Source: Actinomycetota bacterium
GTDB taxonomy: Bacteria > Actinomycetota > Actinomycetes > JACCUZ01
Reading direction: 5' to 3'
Assembly: GCA_030841025.1 (NCBI GenBank)
Contig: JAVEDJ010000012.1
Coordinates: 1-49,524 of the forward strand
Length of the DNA: 49,524 nucleotides
Shown here: in pieces, positions 1 through 9,755 of the stretch
How the letters are laid out: each line of letters begins with the position of its first letter
How positions within the stretch are numbered: position 1 is the stretch's first letter
Program-made: the position numbers and the translations under genes
The notes under the pieces: model-generated
What the model saw: the letters and a program-made list of their open reading frames with translations, nothing else
What the model was told of the DNA's origin: nothing
Databases searched by the model: none

Positions 1-882
1 GGCATCGCTACCGAGGTGACGGTCCGGCTGTTGCGCGCGCCCGAGACCGTGCGCACGCTGCTCGCCGCGTTCCCCAGCACGGACGAGGCGGGCGGTGCCG
101 TGTCGGCGATCATCGCGGCCGGTGTCGTGCCGGCAGCCATCGAGATGATGGACGCGCTGGCGATCGAGGCCGCCGAGGCCGCGGTGCAGTGCAACTACCC
201 GAAGGGAGCCGGCGCCGTCCTCATCGTCGAGCTCGACGGACCGGTGCCCGAGGTCGAGGTGCAGTTCGAGCAGGTGGAGAAGCACTGCGAGGACAACAAG
301 GCGTTCGAGATCCGCATCGCGGCCGACGACGTCGAGCGCGCCCTCTTCTGGAAGGGTCGCAAGTCGGCGTTCGCCGCCGTGGGTCGCATCAGTCCCGACT
401 ACATCGTGCAGGACGGGGTGATCCCCCGCACCGCGCTGCCTGAGGTGCTGCGCCGCATCGCCGACCTGTCCGACGGCCAGCAGGGTGAGCGCGCCGCCGA
501 CTCGCAGGGCGTCCGCGTCGCCAACGTGTTCCACGCCGGTGACGGCAACCTGCACCCACTGGTGCTGTTCGACGACGCGGTGGCCGGTGAGGCCGAGCGC
601 GCCGAGGAGGTGTCCGGCGCGATCCTCGACATCTGCATCGAGTACGGCGGGTCGATCACCGGCGAGCACGGCGTCGGCGCGGACAAGGCGAAGTACATGC
701 CACGCATGTTCACCGACGACGACCTGGACACCATGCAGATGCTGCGCTGTGCCTTCGACCCGGCCGGTCTGGCCAATCCCGGCAAGATCTTCCCCACCCC
801 GCGGCTGTGCGGTGAGCGACCGGGCCGGCACACCGGGGAGCCGCATCCGCTGGCCGAGGCCGGCGTCGCGGAGGTGTTCTGA
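1..882 (+). CDS. glcD: Glycolate oxidase FAD-linked subunit GlcD, C-terminal part (5' end lies outside the window)
   Basis: The frame of ORF 16..882 stays open back to base 1. It shows FAD-oxidase C-terminal domain motifs (GSITGEHGVGADK, NPGKIFP). glcE and glcF follow with gaps of 2 nt and 0 nt. Confidence 0.8.
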   Translation, partial: GIATEVTVRLLRAPETVRTLLAAFPSTDEAGGAVSAIIAAGVVPAAIEMMDALAIEAAEAAVQCNYPKGAGAVLIVELDGPVPEVEVQFEQVEKHCEDNKAFEIRIAADDVERALFWKGRKSAFAAVGRISPDYIVQDGVIPRTALPEVLRRIADLSDGQQGERAADSQGVRVANVFHAGDGNLHPLVLFDDAVAGEAERAEEVSGAILDICIEYGGSITGEHGVGADKAKYMPRMFTDDDLDTMQMLRCAFDPAGLANPGKIFPTPRLCGERPGRHTGEPHPLAEAGVAEVF

Positions 883-884
883 CC

Positions 885-2141
885 GTGGCGCCCGACCTAC
901 CGGATGCCGGCGTGCTGGCGGAGCTGGCGAAAGCCTGCGACGACCACGCCCGGGCGGCGCTCGACAGCGACCAGGTCGGCGGCGTCCTACCACGGTTCGT
1001 CGTGTCACCAGGGTCCACGGCGGAGGTGGCCGAGGTGCTGCGCGTCGCCGCGCAGCACGGCGTGCACAGCGTCGCGCGGGGCGCGGGCACGAAGATCGCC
1101 TGGGGTAACGCCCCCACCGCACTCGACCTGGTGGTCGACACGACCCGACTGGCCGGTGTCGTCGAGCACGCCGCCGGCGACCTCGTCGTGATCGTGGGTG
1201 CCGGCACGCCGATCGAGCAGCTGCAGGCCGAGCTGCGCAAGGCCGACCAGGAGCTGGCCTTCGACAACCCGTTGCCCGGAGCCACGGTCGGAGGCTCGCT
1301 GGCCACGTCGCCGAGCGGACCCCGGCGGCTGCTGCGTGGCACCCTGCGCGACCTGTTGATCGGCGTGACGTTCGTGCGTGCCGACGGTGTCGTCGCGAAG
1401 GCCGGCGGCAAGGTCGTCAAGAACGTCGCGGGCTATGACTTCGGCAAGCTGCTCACCGGCTCCTACGGCACTCTCGGGATCATCACGCAGGCGATCTTCC
1501 GGCTGCACCCCGTACCCGCGCGCTCGTACGTCGTCTCCCGCACCGTCACCGATCCCGAGGACGCCGCGCGGGCAGCGCACGAGCTGCTGTCGTCGCAGAC
1601 CGTGGCCAGCGCGGTCGAGGTCGACTGGCCGGCCGAGGGCCCGGCCACCGTGTCGGCACTGCTCGAGGGGACCGACGAGGGCGTCACCGAGCGGACTCGC
1701 GCCGTGGCCGGCATAGCCGACACCGTGCCCAGCGACGGGGCCCTCCCACCGTGGTGGGGCAGCTACCCGTTCGGTCCCGACGACGTGGGGCTCAAGCTCA
1801 CCTGCGCCATCAGCGGGCTCGGTGAGCTGCTCGCCACGGCACGGTCCGCGGCCGCGCAGCTGGGCCTGCCCATCGCCCTGCGCGGGAGCGCCGCGGGAGT
1901 GCTGCATGCCGGACTGCCCGGTGACGCGTCCAGCGAGGCGGTCGGTGCGGTGGTCGCGGCCCTGCGGGAGCGGGCTGCGTCGTACGACGGAAGCGTCGTC
2001 GTGCTCACCGCTCCCGCGGCCACCCGCGACACGCTCGACCTGTGGGGACCGGTCCCGGGCCTGACCCTGATGCGGCGCCTGAAGAACGAGCTCGACCCGG
2101 CTCACCGGCTGGCGCCGGGCCGTTTCGTCGGAGGGATCTGA
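885..2141 (+). CDS. glcE: Glycolate oxidase FAD-binding subunit GlcE
   Basis: 418-aa ORF with a GTG start 2 nt after the glcD stop. It has an N-terminal PCMH-type FAD-binding domain (GAGTKIAWG, KNVAGYDFGKLL) and sits between glcD and glcF. Confidence 0.75.
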   Translation: MAPDLPDAGVLAELAKACDDHARAALDSDQVGGVLPRFVVSPGSTAEVAEVLRVAAQHGVHSVARGAGTKIAWGNAPTALDLVVDTTRLAGVVEHAAGDLVVIVGAGTPIEQLQAELRKADQELAFDNPLPGATVGGSLATSPSGPRRLLRGTLRDLLIGVTFVRADGVVAKAGGKVVKNVAGYDFGKLLTGSYGTLGIITQAIFRLHPVPARSYVVSRTVTDPEDAARAAHELLSSQTVASAVEVDWPAEGPATVSALLEGTDEGVTERTRAVAGIADTVPSDGALPPWWGSYPFGPDDVGLKLTCAISGLGELLATARSAAAQLGLPIALRGSAAGVLHAGLPGDASSEAVGAVVAALRERAASYDGSVVVLTAPAATRDTLDLWGPVPGLTLMRRLKNELDPAHRLAPGRFVGGI

Positions 2142-3563
2142 GTGACCACGGACAGCGTCACCGGCATGGCTGGCACGGCTGGCACGGGCGGGACCGACGG
2201 CACTGCCGCTATCGACGGCATCGACAACGGTCGACCGGCCTTCGACGGGCACCGACCGCCGGACGCCGCGCTGGTCGGCGACTGCGTGCACTGCGGCTTC
2301 TGCCTGCCGACCTGCCCCACCTACGTGCTGTGGGGCGAGGAGATGGACTCGCCCCGGGGCCGCATCTACCTGATGGGCCAGGGCCTCGAGGGCGAGCCGA
2401 TGACCGACGCGATGGCCGGCCACTTCGACGCCTGCCTCGGCTGCATGGCCTGCGTGACCGCCTGCCCGTCGGGAGTGCAGTACGACAAGCTCATCGAGGC
2501 GACCCGGGCGCAGGTCGAGCGCCACCATCGGCGACCCGCCCGCGAGCGACTGCTGCGGACAGCGATCTTTGCCACGTTCCCCTATCCGCGCCGGCTGCGG
2601 CTCCTGCGCGGCCCGCTGCGCGCCTACCAGCGCAGCGGCGGGCAGGCCCTGCTGCGCAGGAGCGGACTGCTGCGGCGGCTCGCGCCGGCGCTGGCCGCGA
2701 TGGAGTCGCTGGCGCCGACCCTCGGTCCCCGGGCGGACGCCCGCCCGCTGCCCGAGCGGGTTGCCGCGCGCGGCCCTCGCCGCGCGACGGTCGGGCTGCT
2801 CACCGGCTGCGTGCAGGGCGCCTTCTTCCCCGGCGTCAACGCGGCCACTGCCCGGGTGCTCGCGATGGAGGGCTGCGACGTCGTCATCCCCCGCAACCAG
2901 GGCTGCTGCGGCGCGCTGTCCGTGCACAACGGCCGCGAGCAGGAGGCCAAGGCCTTCGCCCGCACGGTGATCGAGACGTTCGAAGCGGCCGACGTCGACC
3001 ACGTCGTGGTCAACGCGGCAGGGTGCGGGTCGTCGATGAAGGAGTACGGCGAGCTGTTCTCCGACGAGCCCGCAATGGCCGGCCGTGCCGCCGCCCTGGC
3101 CGACAAGGTGCGCGACATCAGCGAGGTGCTCGTCGAGCTCGGCCCCGTCGCCGAACGCCACCCGCTGCCGATGCGCGTGGCCTACCACGACGCCTGCCAC
3201 CTGGCTCATGCGCAGGGAGTCCGCACGCAACCGCGCCTGCTGCTCACCGACATCCCTGGCGTCGAGCTCGCGGAGATCGCCGAGTCGGAGATCTGCTGCG
3301 GCTCGGCGGGTGTCTACAACCTGCTCAACGCCGAGGCCGCAGAGCCGCTCGGCGACCGCAAGGCCGAGAACATCGCCGCCACCGGCGCCGACCTGCTCGT
3401 GACCGCCAACCCAGGCTGCCTGATGCAGGTGGCCGCAGCCTTTTCGCGCCGCAACCCGGGCCAGTCCCCGATGCCCATGGCCCACACCATCGAGGTGCTC
3501 GACGCGTCGCTGCGCGGCCACCCCGTCACATCTCTCGCGCCAGGTTCCCTCCCGACGAAGTGA
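2142..3563 (+). CDS. glcF: Glycolate oxidase iron-sulfur subunit GlcF
   Basis: GTG start immediately after the glcE TGA. It has two ferredoxin-type clusters (CVHCGFCLPTCP, CLGCMACVTACP) followed by two Cys-rich CCG-type repeats (GCCG, CCGSAG). Confidence 0.85.
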   Translation: MTTDSVTGMAGTAGTGGTDGTAAIDGIDNGRPAFDGHRPPDAALVGDCVHCGFCLPTCPTYVLWGEEMDSPRGRIYLMGQGLEGEPMTDAMAGHFDACLGCMACVTACPSGVQYDKLIEATRAQVERHHRRPARERLLRTAIFATFPYPRRLRLLRGPLRAYQRSGGQALLRRSGLLRRLAPALAAMESLAPTLGPRADARPLPERVAARGPRRATVGLLTGCVQGAFFPGVNAATARVLAMEGCDVVIPRNQGCCGALSVHNGREQEAKAFARTVIETFEAADVDHVVVNAAGCGSSMKEYGELFSDEPAMAGRAAALADKVRDISEVLVELGPVAERHPLPMRVAYHDACHLAHAQGVRTQPRLLLTDIPGVELAEIAESEICCGSAGVYNLLNAEAAEPLGDRKAENIAATGADLLVTANPGCLMQVAAAFSRRNPGQSPMPMAHTIEVLDASLRGHPVTSLAPGSLPTK

Positions 3564-3569
3564 GGACCC

Positions 3570-5345
3570 ATGTACCGACAGCAGCTCGACCCGGTCGGAG
3601 ACTCGTTGGCAGCCAGCGCCGCGTTCGCCGTCTTGCCCCTCCTCACGCTGTTCGTGCTGTTGGGGGTGCTCAAGCTCAAGGCCTGGATCGCTGCGGTCGC
3701 TTCACTCGCGGTCGCGATCGTCGTGGCCATCGCCGTCTACTCGATGCCCGTCGGCCAGACCCTGCTGTCGGCCACCGAGGGGGCCGCGTTCGGCTTCTTC
3801 CCGATCCTCTGGATCGTGATCAACGCGATCTGGGTCTACAACCTGACCGTTGCCACCGGACACTTCGACGTGTTGCGCAGGTCCTTCTCCCGTGTCAGCC
3901 CCGACCAACGCGTCCAGGCCATCATCATCGCCTTCTGCTTCGGCGCCCTGCTCGAGGCGCTGGCAGGCTTCGGCACTCCCGTCGCCATCACGGTCGTCAT
4001 GCTGATGGCGCTGGGCTTCCGCCCCATCAAGGCTGCCTCGGTCGCACTGATCGCCAACACCGCACCGGTTGCCTTCGGTGCACTCGCCACCCCGATCGTG
4101 ACACTGGCCACCGTCACGTCGGGCGTCAGCAACGACCCGCGCCTCAACACCGACACGCTGGGCGCCATGGTGGGCCGGCAGACACCCATCCTTGCCATCG
4201 TCGTGCCGCTCATCCTGGTCCTGGTCGTCGACGGCCGCCGCGGGCTGCGCCAGACCTGGCTGCCGGCGCTCGCGGCCGGCGTCTCGTTCGGCATCGCTCA
4301 GTTCGTCGCCTCCAACTACATCTCCGTGCAGCTGACCGACATCGTGGCCGCGCTGGTCTCGGCCGCCGCGGTCGTCGGGCTGCTCCGGGTGTGGAAACCG
4401 GCCGAGTCGCCCATCCCCGGTGACGACGACGAGGCGGTCGGCATGCGCACCGAGTCCCCCGCGGCAGCCGGCCACAGTGGCAGTGCCGTCGGCGGCAGCA
4501 CGGCCGCCGGCGGTACCACGTCCGCCGCCGCCCGCACCGTCGGCGGAGGCGGAACCGGGGCGCCCGTCCTGGACGACTCGGTGCACGACCGTCCCGCCGA
4601 GGTGGCCCGCGCCTACGCGCCGTACCTCATCATCATCGTGATCTTCGCCATCGTGAACATCGGGCCCATCAAGTCCGCCCTCGGCGAGAAGCCGTGGACC
4701 TACAAGTTCAACTGGCCGGGGCTGGACGTGCAGACCACCGCGGGCGAGCCGCAGGCGTCCATGACCTACACGCTCAACTGGCTGCCGGCCGCAGGCACTC
4801 TGATGATCCTGGCCGGCCTGATCACGATGGCCGTGCTGAAGGTATCGCCGTCCCGGGCGCTGCAGGCCTACAAACAGACCTATGTCGAGCTGCGCTGGGC
4901 GATCCTCACCGTGATGGCGGTGCTGGCTCTCGCCTATGTCATGAACCAGTCCGGGCAGACCGGCACCCTCGGCGCGCTGCTGGCCGAGACCGGTGGCACG
5001 TTCGTCGTCCTGTCGTCGATCCTCGGCTGGCTCGGCGTCGCCGTCACCGGGTCCGACACGTCGGCCAACGCGCTCTTCGGCGCCCTGCAGGTGCAGACCG
5101 CCAAGGACGCGGGGCTGGACCCGGTGCTGCTGGCGGCGGCGAACTCCTCAGGCGGTGTTCTCGGCAAGATGATCAGCCCGCAGAACCTCGCGATCGCCGC
5201 CGCCGCCGTGGGCATGGCGGGGCAGGAGGGCGTGATCTTCCGCAAGGTCGTCGGCTGGAGCCTGCTGCTGCTGGTGCTGATGTGCCTGATCGTCGGGCTG
5301 CAGGGAACTCCGGTGCTCGACTGGATGATCCCGACCAAGCCCTGA
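3570..5345 (+). CDS. lctP: L-lactate/glycolate permease (LctP family)
   Basis: 591-aa polytopic membrane ORF with LctP-family conserved segments (FGALLEALAGFGTPVAIT, SGGVLGKMISPQNLAIA). A GAGGA sequence lies just upstream of the ATG. It sits directly downstream of glcDEF. Confidence 0.85.
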   Translation: MYRQQLDPVGDSLAASAAFAVLPLLTLFVLLGVLKLKAWIAAVASLAVAIVVAIAVYSMPVGQTLLSATEGAAFGFFPILWIVINAIWVYNLTVATGHFDVLRRSFSRVSPDQRVQAIIIAFCFGALLEALAGFGTPVAITVVMLMALGFRPIKAASVALIANTAPVAFGALATPIVTLATVTSGVSNDPRLNTDTLGAMVGRQTPILAIVVPLILVLVVDGRRGLRQTWLPALAAGVSFGIAQFVASNYISVQLTDIVAALVSAAAVVGLLRVWKPAESPIPGDDDEAVGMRTESPAAAGHSGSAVGGSTAAGGTTSAAARTVGGGGTGAPVLDDSVHDRPAEVARAYAPYLIIIVIFAIVNIGPIKSALGEKPWTYKFNWPGLDVQTTAGEPQASMTYTLNWLPAAGTLMILAGLITMAVLKVSPSRALQAYKQTYVELRWAILTVMAVLALAYVMNQSGQTGTLGALLAETGGTFVVLSSILGWLGVAVTGSDTSANALFGALQVQTAKDAGLDPVLLAAANSSGGVLGKMISPQNLAIAAAAVGMAGQEGVIFRKVVGWSLLLLVLMCLIVGLQGTPVLDWMIPTKP

Positions 5346-5415
5346 GGATCCCTACATCGGGTACTGGTGCTGCCCTTCGGCCGGAGAGATGCTGGGCACC
5401 GGAGGAGGTCCCCCC

Positions 5416-5796
5416 ATGGTCTGGGTGTGGTTGGTCGCAGCCGCCTTCCTTCCCGTGCTCTTGATCATGGCGGTCTCGAACCTCAGCACCGTGCTCGACC
5501 ACCTCGGCGCACTCACCCGCCGGTTGCACCTGCGTCGCCGGCCGGAGCCCCGACACCCGGCCGTCGAACAGCTTGCCGCCGACCTGCGCCGGCTCAGCGA
5601 GCACCTGGCGGAGATCGAGCAGTCCAACCAGCTGCACCGCGCGGAACGGCTGCACGCCGCCGTCCTGGCCTACGACGACGTGCTGCTGCAGGCTTGCCAG
5701 ACGCTCGAGATCGAGATCCGTGCCGACCTTCCGCTGCGCCCGATCGAGCGCCTCGAGACCGAGGCCGCCCTCGCGCAGGAGGGGCTGGTCTGGTGA
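5416..5796 (+). CDS. Hypothetical membrane-anchored helical protein
   Basis: The ATG at 5416 is preceded by GGAGGAGG 7 nt upstream; the ORF-track start at 5389 has no SD. It has one N-terminal TM helix (MVWVWLVAAAFLPVLLIMAV) and then a charged helical region. No family recognised. Confidence 0.5.
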   Translation: MVWVWLVAAAFLPVLLIMAVSNLSTVLDHLGALTRRLHLRRRPEPRHPAVEQLAADLRRLSEHLAEIEQSNQLHRAERLHAAVLAYDDVLLQACQTLEIEIRADLPLRPIERLETEAALAQEGLVW

Positions 5797-5821
5797 GCCG
5801 GCCCGCCCCGGCGCGGTCAGC

Positions 5822-6631
5822 TCACCCCGTGATGCTGTCGGACAGCTCCCCCGCGGCGACGAGCACGGCGGGTCCGGCGAGCTCGACGTGGTCGTCCTCC
5901 CGGTGGGTCACGGTCAGCCGACCGCCGGGCACATCGACGACGTACGACGTCGGTGGTGCGGCCCGCGCGCGTCGCGCCGCGACCAGCATGGCCGCACACG
6001 CCCCGGTGCCGCACGAGCGTGTCTCCCCGACTCCCCGCTCGTGCACCCGCATGGCGAGGTGCCCGTCGCCAAGCCGGCTGACGAACTCGACGTTGACACC
6101 GTGGGGGAACGCCGGGTCGACCGACGGTGCCTCGTGCAACGGTCCGGCATCGGCGAGGTCGTCCACGAGCACGACCGCGTGCGGGTTGCCCATGTCGACC
6201 GCGACCGCCGACCACGACCGGTCGCCGACCTTCACCTTGATGTCGTCGGTGTCGGGGAAGAGGGCAATGCCCATGTCGACGGTGACGTCTCCCTCGAGAC
6301 CGGCGCGCACCTGCTTGACGCCGCCGCGCGTGGCGATGACAAGGTCGCCCGGTTCGGTGAGCCCGGCCGACACGAGGTAGCGCGCGAACACCCGCACACC
6401 GTTGCCGCACATCTCGGCGACGGATCCGTCGGCGTTGCGGTAGTCCATGAACCACTCCGCGGCGCCCGAGGTGTCGGGCGTGACCCGCAGCACCCCGTCA
6501 CCACCGATGCCCGCGCGACGGTCGCAGATGCGCGCGACGAGCTCGGGAGTGAGCGACAACCGGCCGTCGGGGTCGGGCAGCAGCACGAAGTCGTTCTCCG
6601 TGCCGTGACCCTTGACGAACGCGATGCCCAC
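5822..6631 (-). CDS. dapF: Diaminopimelate epimerase
   Basis: N-terminus GIAFVKGHGTENDFVLLPD. Both catalytic Cys motifs are present (MCGNGVR and SCGTGACAA). Confidence 0.92.
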   Translation of the reverse strand: MGIAFVKGHGTENDFVLLPDPDGRLSLTPELVARICDRRAGIGGDGVLRVTPDTSGAAEWFMDYRNADGSVAEMCGNGVRVFARYLVSAGLTEPGDLVIATRGGVKQVRAGLEGDVTVDMGIALFPDTDDIKVKVGDRSWSAVAVDMGNPHAVVLVDDLADAGPLHEAPSVDPAFPHGVNVEFVSRLGDGHLAMRVHERGVGETRSCGTGACAAMLVAARRARAAPPTSYVVDVPGGRLTVTHREDDHVELAGPAVLVAAGELSDSITG

Positions 6632-6648
6632 CCCGCCAGCCTACGGCG

Positions 6649-8463
6649 TCAGCGACGCACCACCCCGGCGCTGCCGCCGCCACGGCGCCGCGGCTCGGCG
6701 GCGGCGAGCAGCCGCTGGTTGGAGAGGAACTCGAGGCCGACGGCGGCACCGATCTCGCCGTTCCCGGGCGGGGCGACGAAGGTGTGCCCGCGTCCACCCG
6801 GCCCGGCGCCGAGGCCGGTCCGGTCGAACGCCGCTTCGGCCTGCACGTCCTTGGTGTTGCGCTGGCTGGCGCGGGCGTCAGCGATGGCCTGCGGCAGGGT
6901 CAGCCCCAGGTCGAGCCGGTCGAGGAGCACCTGCAGCACCGTCGTGATGATGGTGGACCCGCCGGGCGAGCCGACCGCGAGCATCGGCTTGCCCTTGTTG
7001 AGGACGATGGTCGGCGACATCGAGCTGCGCGGCCGCTTGCCGGGCCCCGGCAGGTTCGGGTCACCCGTGACCGTCTCGGCAAAGTTGAAGTCGGTGAGCT
7101 CGTTGTTGAGCAGGAATCCCCTGCCGGGCACCACGATGCCGCTGCCGCCGGTCTGCTCGATGGTCAGCGTGTAGGACACGACGTTGCCGAAGTGGTCGGC
7201 CGTGACGAGGTGCGTCGTCGACATGCCCCGCGTGTCGCCACCCGCCCTGGTCGTGTCGACCGTGCCGTCGCAGTTGGTGTCGTAGCGACCGTCGGGAATG
7301 CCCGCCGCCACCGGCTTGACGGCGGCCTTCGCCGGGTCGATCCGGCAGAACCGCTCGGCCGCAAAGCCGTTCGACAGCAGCTGCTTCCTGGGAACCTTGA
7401 CCGACGCCGGGTCGCCGACGTACGAGCCACGGTCGGCGAACGCCAGCGCACTGGCCTCCAGGTAGTAGTGCATCGCCTGGATGCGTGCTGCCTTGTTCAG
7501 ACTGGTGCGCTCGAGGATGTTCAGCGCCTCCCCGACCGTGGTTCCTCCGCTGGACGACGGGGGCATGCCGTAGACCTGCTTGCCGCGGTAGCCGATCACC
7601 GTGGGGCGACGGTTGACCACGTCGTAGGCCTTGAGGTCCGCGCGCGTCATCAGGCCGCTCCGCACGCGCCGGGTGGCGCCGGCACGCACCGGCGGGTTGC
7701 CGACCGTGGCAACGACGCGCTCGCCCAGGCGGCCGTCGTACAGCCAGTCGACGCCCTTGCTGCCAAGCTTGGTGTAGGTGTCGGCGAGGTCACGGTTGCG
7801 GAAGATGGTGCCCACCGCGGGGGGCTGGCCACCGGGCAGGAAGAGCTTGCTCGTCGAGGTGAAGTCGGCAAAGCGCGCCTGGTTGTCGGCGGTCTGCTGG
7901 CGGAACGTCTCGTCCACCAGGAAGCCGCGCGTCGCGACCCGCGTCGCCGGCCTGAGTGCCCGGGACAGCGACAGCGTGCCCCAGCGGTCGAGGGCCCGCT
8001 GCCACGTCGCCGCCGTGCCGGGCACGCCGACCGACAGACCACTGGTCACGGCCTCGTTGAAGTCGATCGGCTTGCCGTTGTCCTGGAACGACGTGCTCGT
8101 CATGGCCCGGGGTGCGGTCTCCCGGCCGTCGAGCGTGTAGACCTTGCGCTTCTTCGCGTCGTAGTAGACGAAGTAGCCGCCGCCGCCGATGCCTGCCGAG
8201 TAGGGCTCGGTGACGCCGAGGGTCGCCGCGGCCGCCACGGCCGCGTCGACGGCGTTGCCACCGCGACGCAGTACGGCGAGCCCGGCGTGCGTCGCCTCCG
8301 GGTCGACCGTGGACACCGCGCCACCGCGGCCGACGGCCGTCGGGTGCTTCGCGGTGTAGCGCTTGGGGGCCGGAGCCGACGTTGCGGTGGCCGCCGGCGC
8401 CAGGAGGCCGACGCACAGCACACCGGTCACGGCGAGGAACGAGAGCGGGGCGCGTCGCACCAT
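6649..8463 (-). CDS. ggt: Gamma-glutamyltransferase (secreted)
   Basis: 604 aa with an N-terminal signal/TM segment. It has the autoprocessing Thr region (GMSTTHLVTAD) and conserved TGGSGIVVPG and NNELTDF segments. Confidence 0.9.
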   Translation of the reverse strand: MVRRAPLSFLAVTGVLCVGLLAPAATATSAPAPKRYTAKHPTAVGRGGAVSTVDPEATHAGLAVLRRGGNAVDAAVAAAATLGVTEPYSAGIGGGGYFVYYDAKKRKVYTLDGRETAPRAMTSTSFQDNGKPIDFNEAVTSGLSVGVPGTAATWQRALDRWGTLSLSRALRPATRVATRGFLVDETFRQQTADNQARFADFTSTSKLFLPGGQPPAVGTIFRNRDLADTYTKLGSKGVDWLYDGRLGERVVATVGNPPVRAGATRRVRSGLMTRADLKAYDVVNRRPTVIGYRGKQVYGMPPSSSGGTTVGEALNILERTSLNKAARIQAMHYYLEASALAFADRGSYVGDPASVKVPRKQLLSNGFAAERFCRIDPAKAAVKPVAAGIPDGRYDTNCDGTVDTTRAGGDTRGMSTTHLVTADHFGNVVSYTLTIEQTGGSGIVVPGRGFLLNNELTDFNFAETVTGDPNLPGPGKRPRSSMSPTIVLNKGKPMLAVGSPGGSTIITTVLQVLLDRLDLGLTLPQAIADARASQRNTKDVQAEAAFDRTGLGAGPGGRGHTFVAPPGNGEIGAAVGLEFLSNQRLLAAAEPRRRGGGSAGVVRR

Positions 8464-8517
8464 GGACGTCCTCCTGACGAGGCGGGGGGTCGGGGCGGTC
8501 CTACCCGGGCATTCCTA

Positions 8518-9480
8518 TCAAGAACCGGACAGTTCGACCATGATCGAGCTCGCTCGGTCGGCGAGCCGCTCGACACCGCCCTGGCTGCCCTCGTCTGGCG
8601 AGGGCAGCCAGGTGATGCGCGGGTCGCGGCGGAACCACGTCTCCTGCCGCCGGGCGAACCGCCGGGTGGCGCGCACGGTCTCGGCCCGTGCCTCGTCCTC
8701 GGTGCACTCCCCCGCGAGGTGACGCAGCACCTGGGCATACCCGAGGGCCCGGCTGGCCGTGGGTCCCTCGCGCAGGCCCGCGCGCTCGAGGCGTCGTACC
8801 TCCTCGACCAGGCCCCGCTCCCACATCCGGTCGACCCGCCGGCTGATGCGCTCGGACAGGTCCGGTCGGGGCAGCGCCAGCCCTAGCTGTACGGCGCCGC
8901 CGGGCCGGTAGGTGGGCAGCGCCGCGCTGAACGGTGCTCCGGTGAGCTCGATGACCTCGAGGGCACGCACGATGCGCCGCCCGTTGCTGGGCAGGATGCG
9001 GGCGGCTGCTTCCGCGTCGACCTGCGCCAGGCGAGCGTGCAGCGCCGCCGGGCCGCCCACCGCGAGCTGGGCCTCGAGCGCGGCCCGCAGGTCGGGATCG
9101 GTCCCGGGAAAGTCGAGGTCGCCCAGGGCCGCCCGCACGTAGAGCCCGGACCCGCCGACCAGCACTGCAGGGCGGCCCTGACGGCGCAGGTCGGCCAGCA
9201 GCGGGACGACCATCTCCTGGTACTCCGCCACGCTGGCCGGCCGCCGCACGTCCCAGACGTCGAGCAGATGGTGCCGGACGCCGCCCTGCTCCAGCGCGGT
9301 GAGCTTGGCCGTCCCGATGTCCATTCCGCGATAGAGCTGCATGGAGTCGGCGTTGACGACGTCGCCCCCGATGCGCCGGGCCAGCGCAACCGCGAGGTCG
9401 CTCTTGCCGGTCGCCGTCGCACCGACGACGACGAGCGTCGCCGGCGGGGCGGGCGAGGCGGACGACGGGCGGCTGACCAT
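8518..9480 (-). CDS. miaA: tRNA dimethylallyltransferase
   Basis: P-loop GATATGKS and ADSMQLYRGMDIGTAK. I chose the ATG at 9480 (MVSRPS...) over the TTG at 9489 reported by the ORF track. Confidence 0.9.
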   Translation of the reverse strand: MVSRPSSASPAPPATLVVVGATATGKSDLAVALARRIGGDVVNADSMQLYRGMDIGTAKLTALEQGGVRHHLLDVWDVRRPASVAEYQEMVVPLLADLRRQGRPAVLVGGSGLYVRAALGDLDFPGTDPDLRAALEAQLAVGGPAALHARLAQVDAEAAARILPSNGRRIVRALEVIELTGAPFSAALPTYRPGGAVQLGLALPRPDLSERISRRVDRMWERGLVEEVRRLERAGLREGPTASRALGYAQVLRHLAGECTEDEARAETVRATRRFARRQETWFRRDPRITWLPSPDEGSQGGVERLADRASSIMVELSGS

Positions 9481-9523
9481 GGAGCGCAATCCTGCACGAG
9501 GCCGATCGCACTAGGGTGGGGGC

Positions 9524-9748
9524 ATGGGTATGTTCGACAATCTCAAGAAGAAGGCCGAGAAGGCCGTCGACCAGCACGGCGACAAGATCGCCCGTGGCAT
9601 CGACAAGGCGGCGGGCGCGGCGGACGCCAAGACCAAGGGCAAGCACTCGGGTCAGATCAGCAAGGGTGCCGCAGCCGCCAAGGGCGCCCTCGACAAGCTC
9701 GACGGGAAGAAGGACGACATTCCCGACGACCGCCCGCCGGCTCCCTAG
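9524..9748 (+). CDS. MT0933/Rv0909-like small protein (the family is annotated as an antitoxin)
   Basis: 74 aa, Lys/Ala/Asp-rich. The pattern MGMFDNLKKKAEKAVDQHGDKIARGIDKAAG..KTKGKHSGQI matches my recollection of the MT0933-like antitoxin family. No toxin-like partner gene is adjacent. Confidence 0.6.
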   Translation: MGMFDNLKKKAEKAVDQHGDKIARGIDKAAGAADAKTKGKHSGQISKGAAAAKGALDKLDGKKDDIPDDRPPAP

Positions 9749-9755
9749 AGACCCG

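Noticed and set aside
1005-3521. 838-aa ORF on the minus strand spanning glcE and glcF
   Set aside because: It is antisense to three well-supported genes. Its composition is Arg/Gly/Ala/Pro-dominated with no motifs. This is the typical shadow ORF caused by stop-codon scarcity in very GC-rich DNA.
9524-9748. Toxin-antitoxin module
   Set aside because: Only the small 'antitoxin-family' gene is present. Neither neighbour (miaA, LigB-like) resembles a toxin, and the gene is monocistronic and divergent or convergent with its neighbours.
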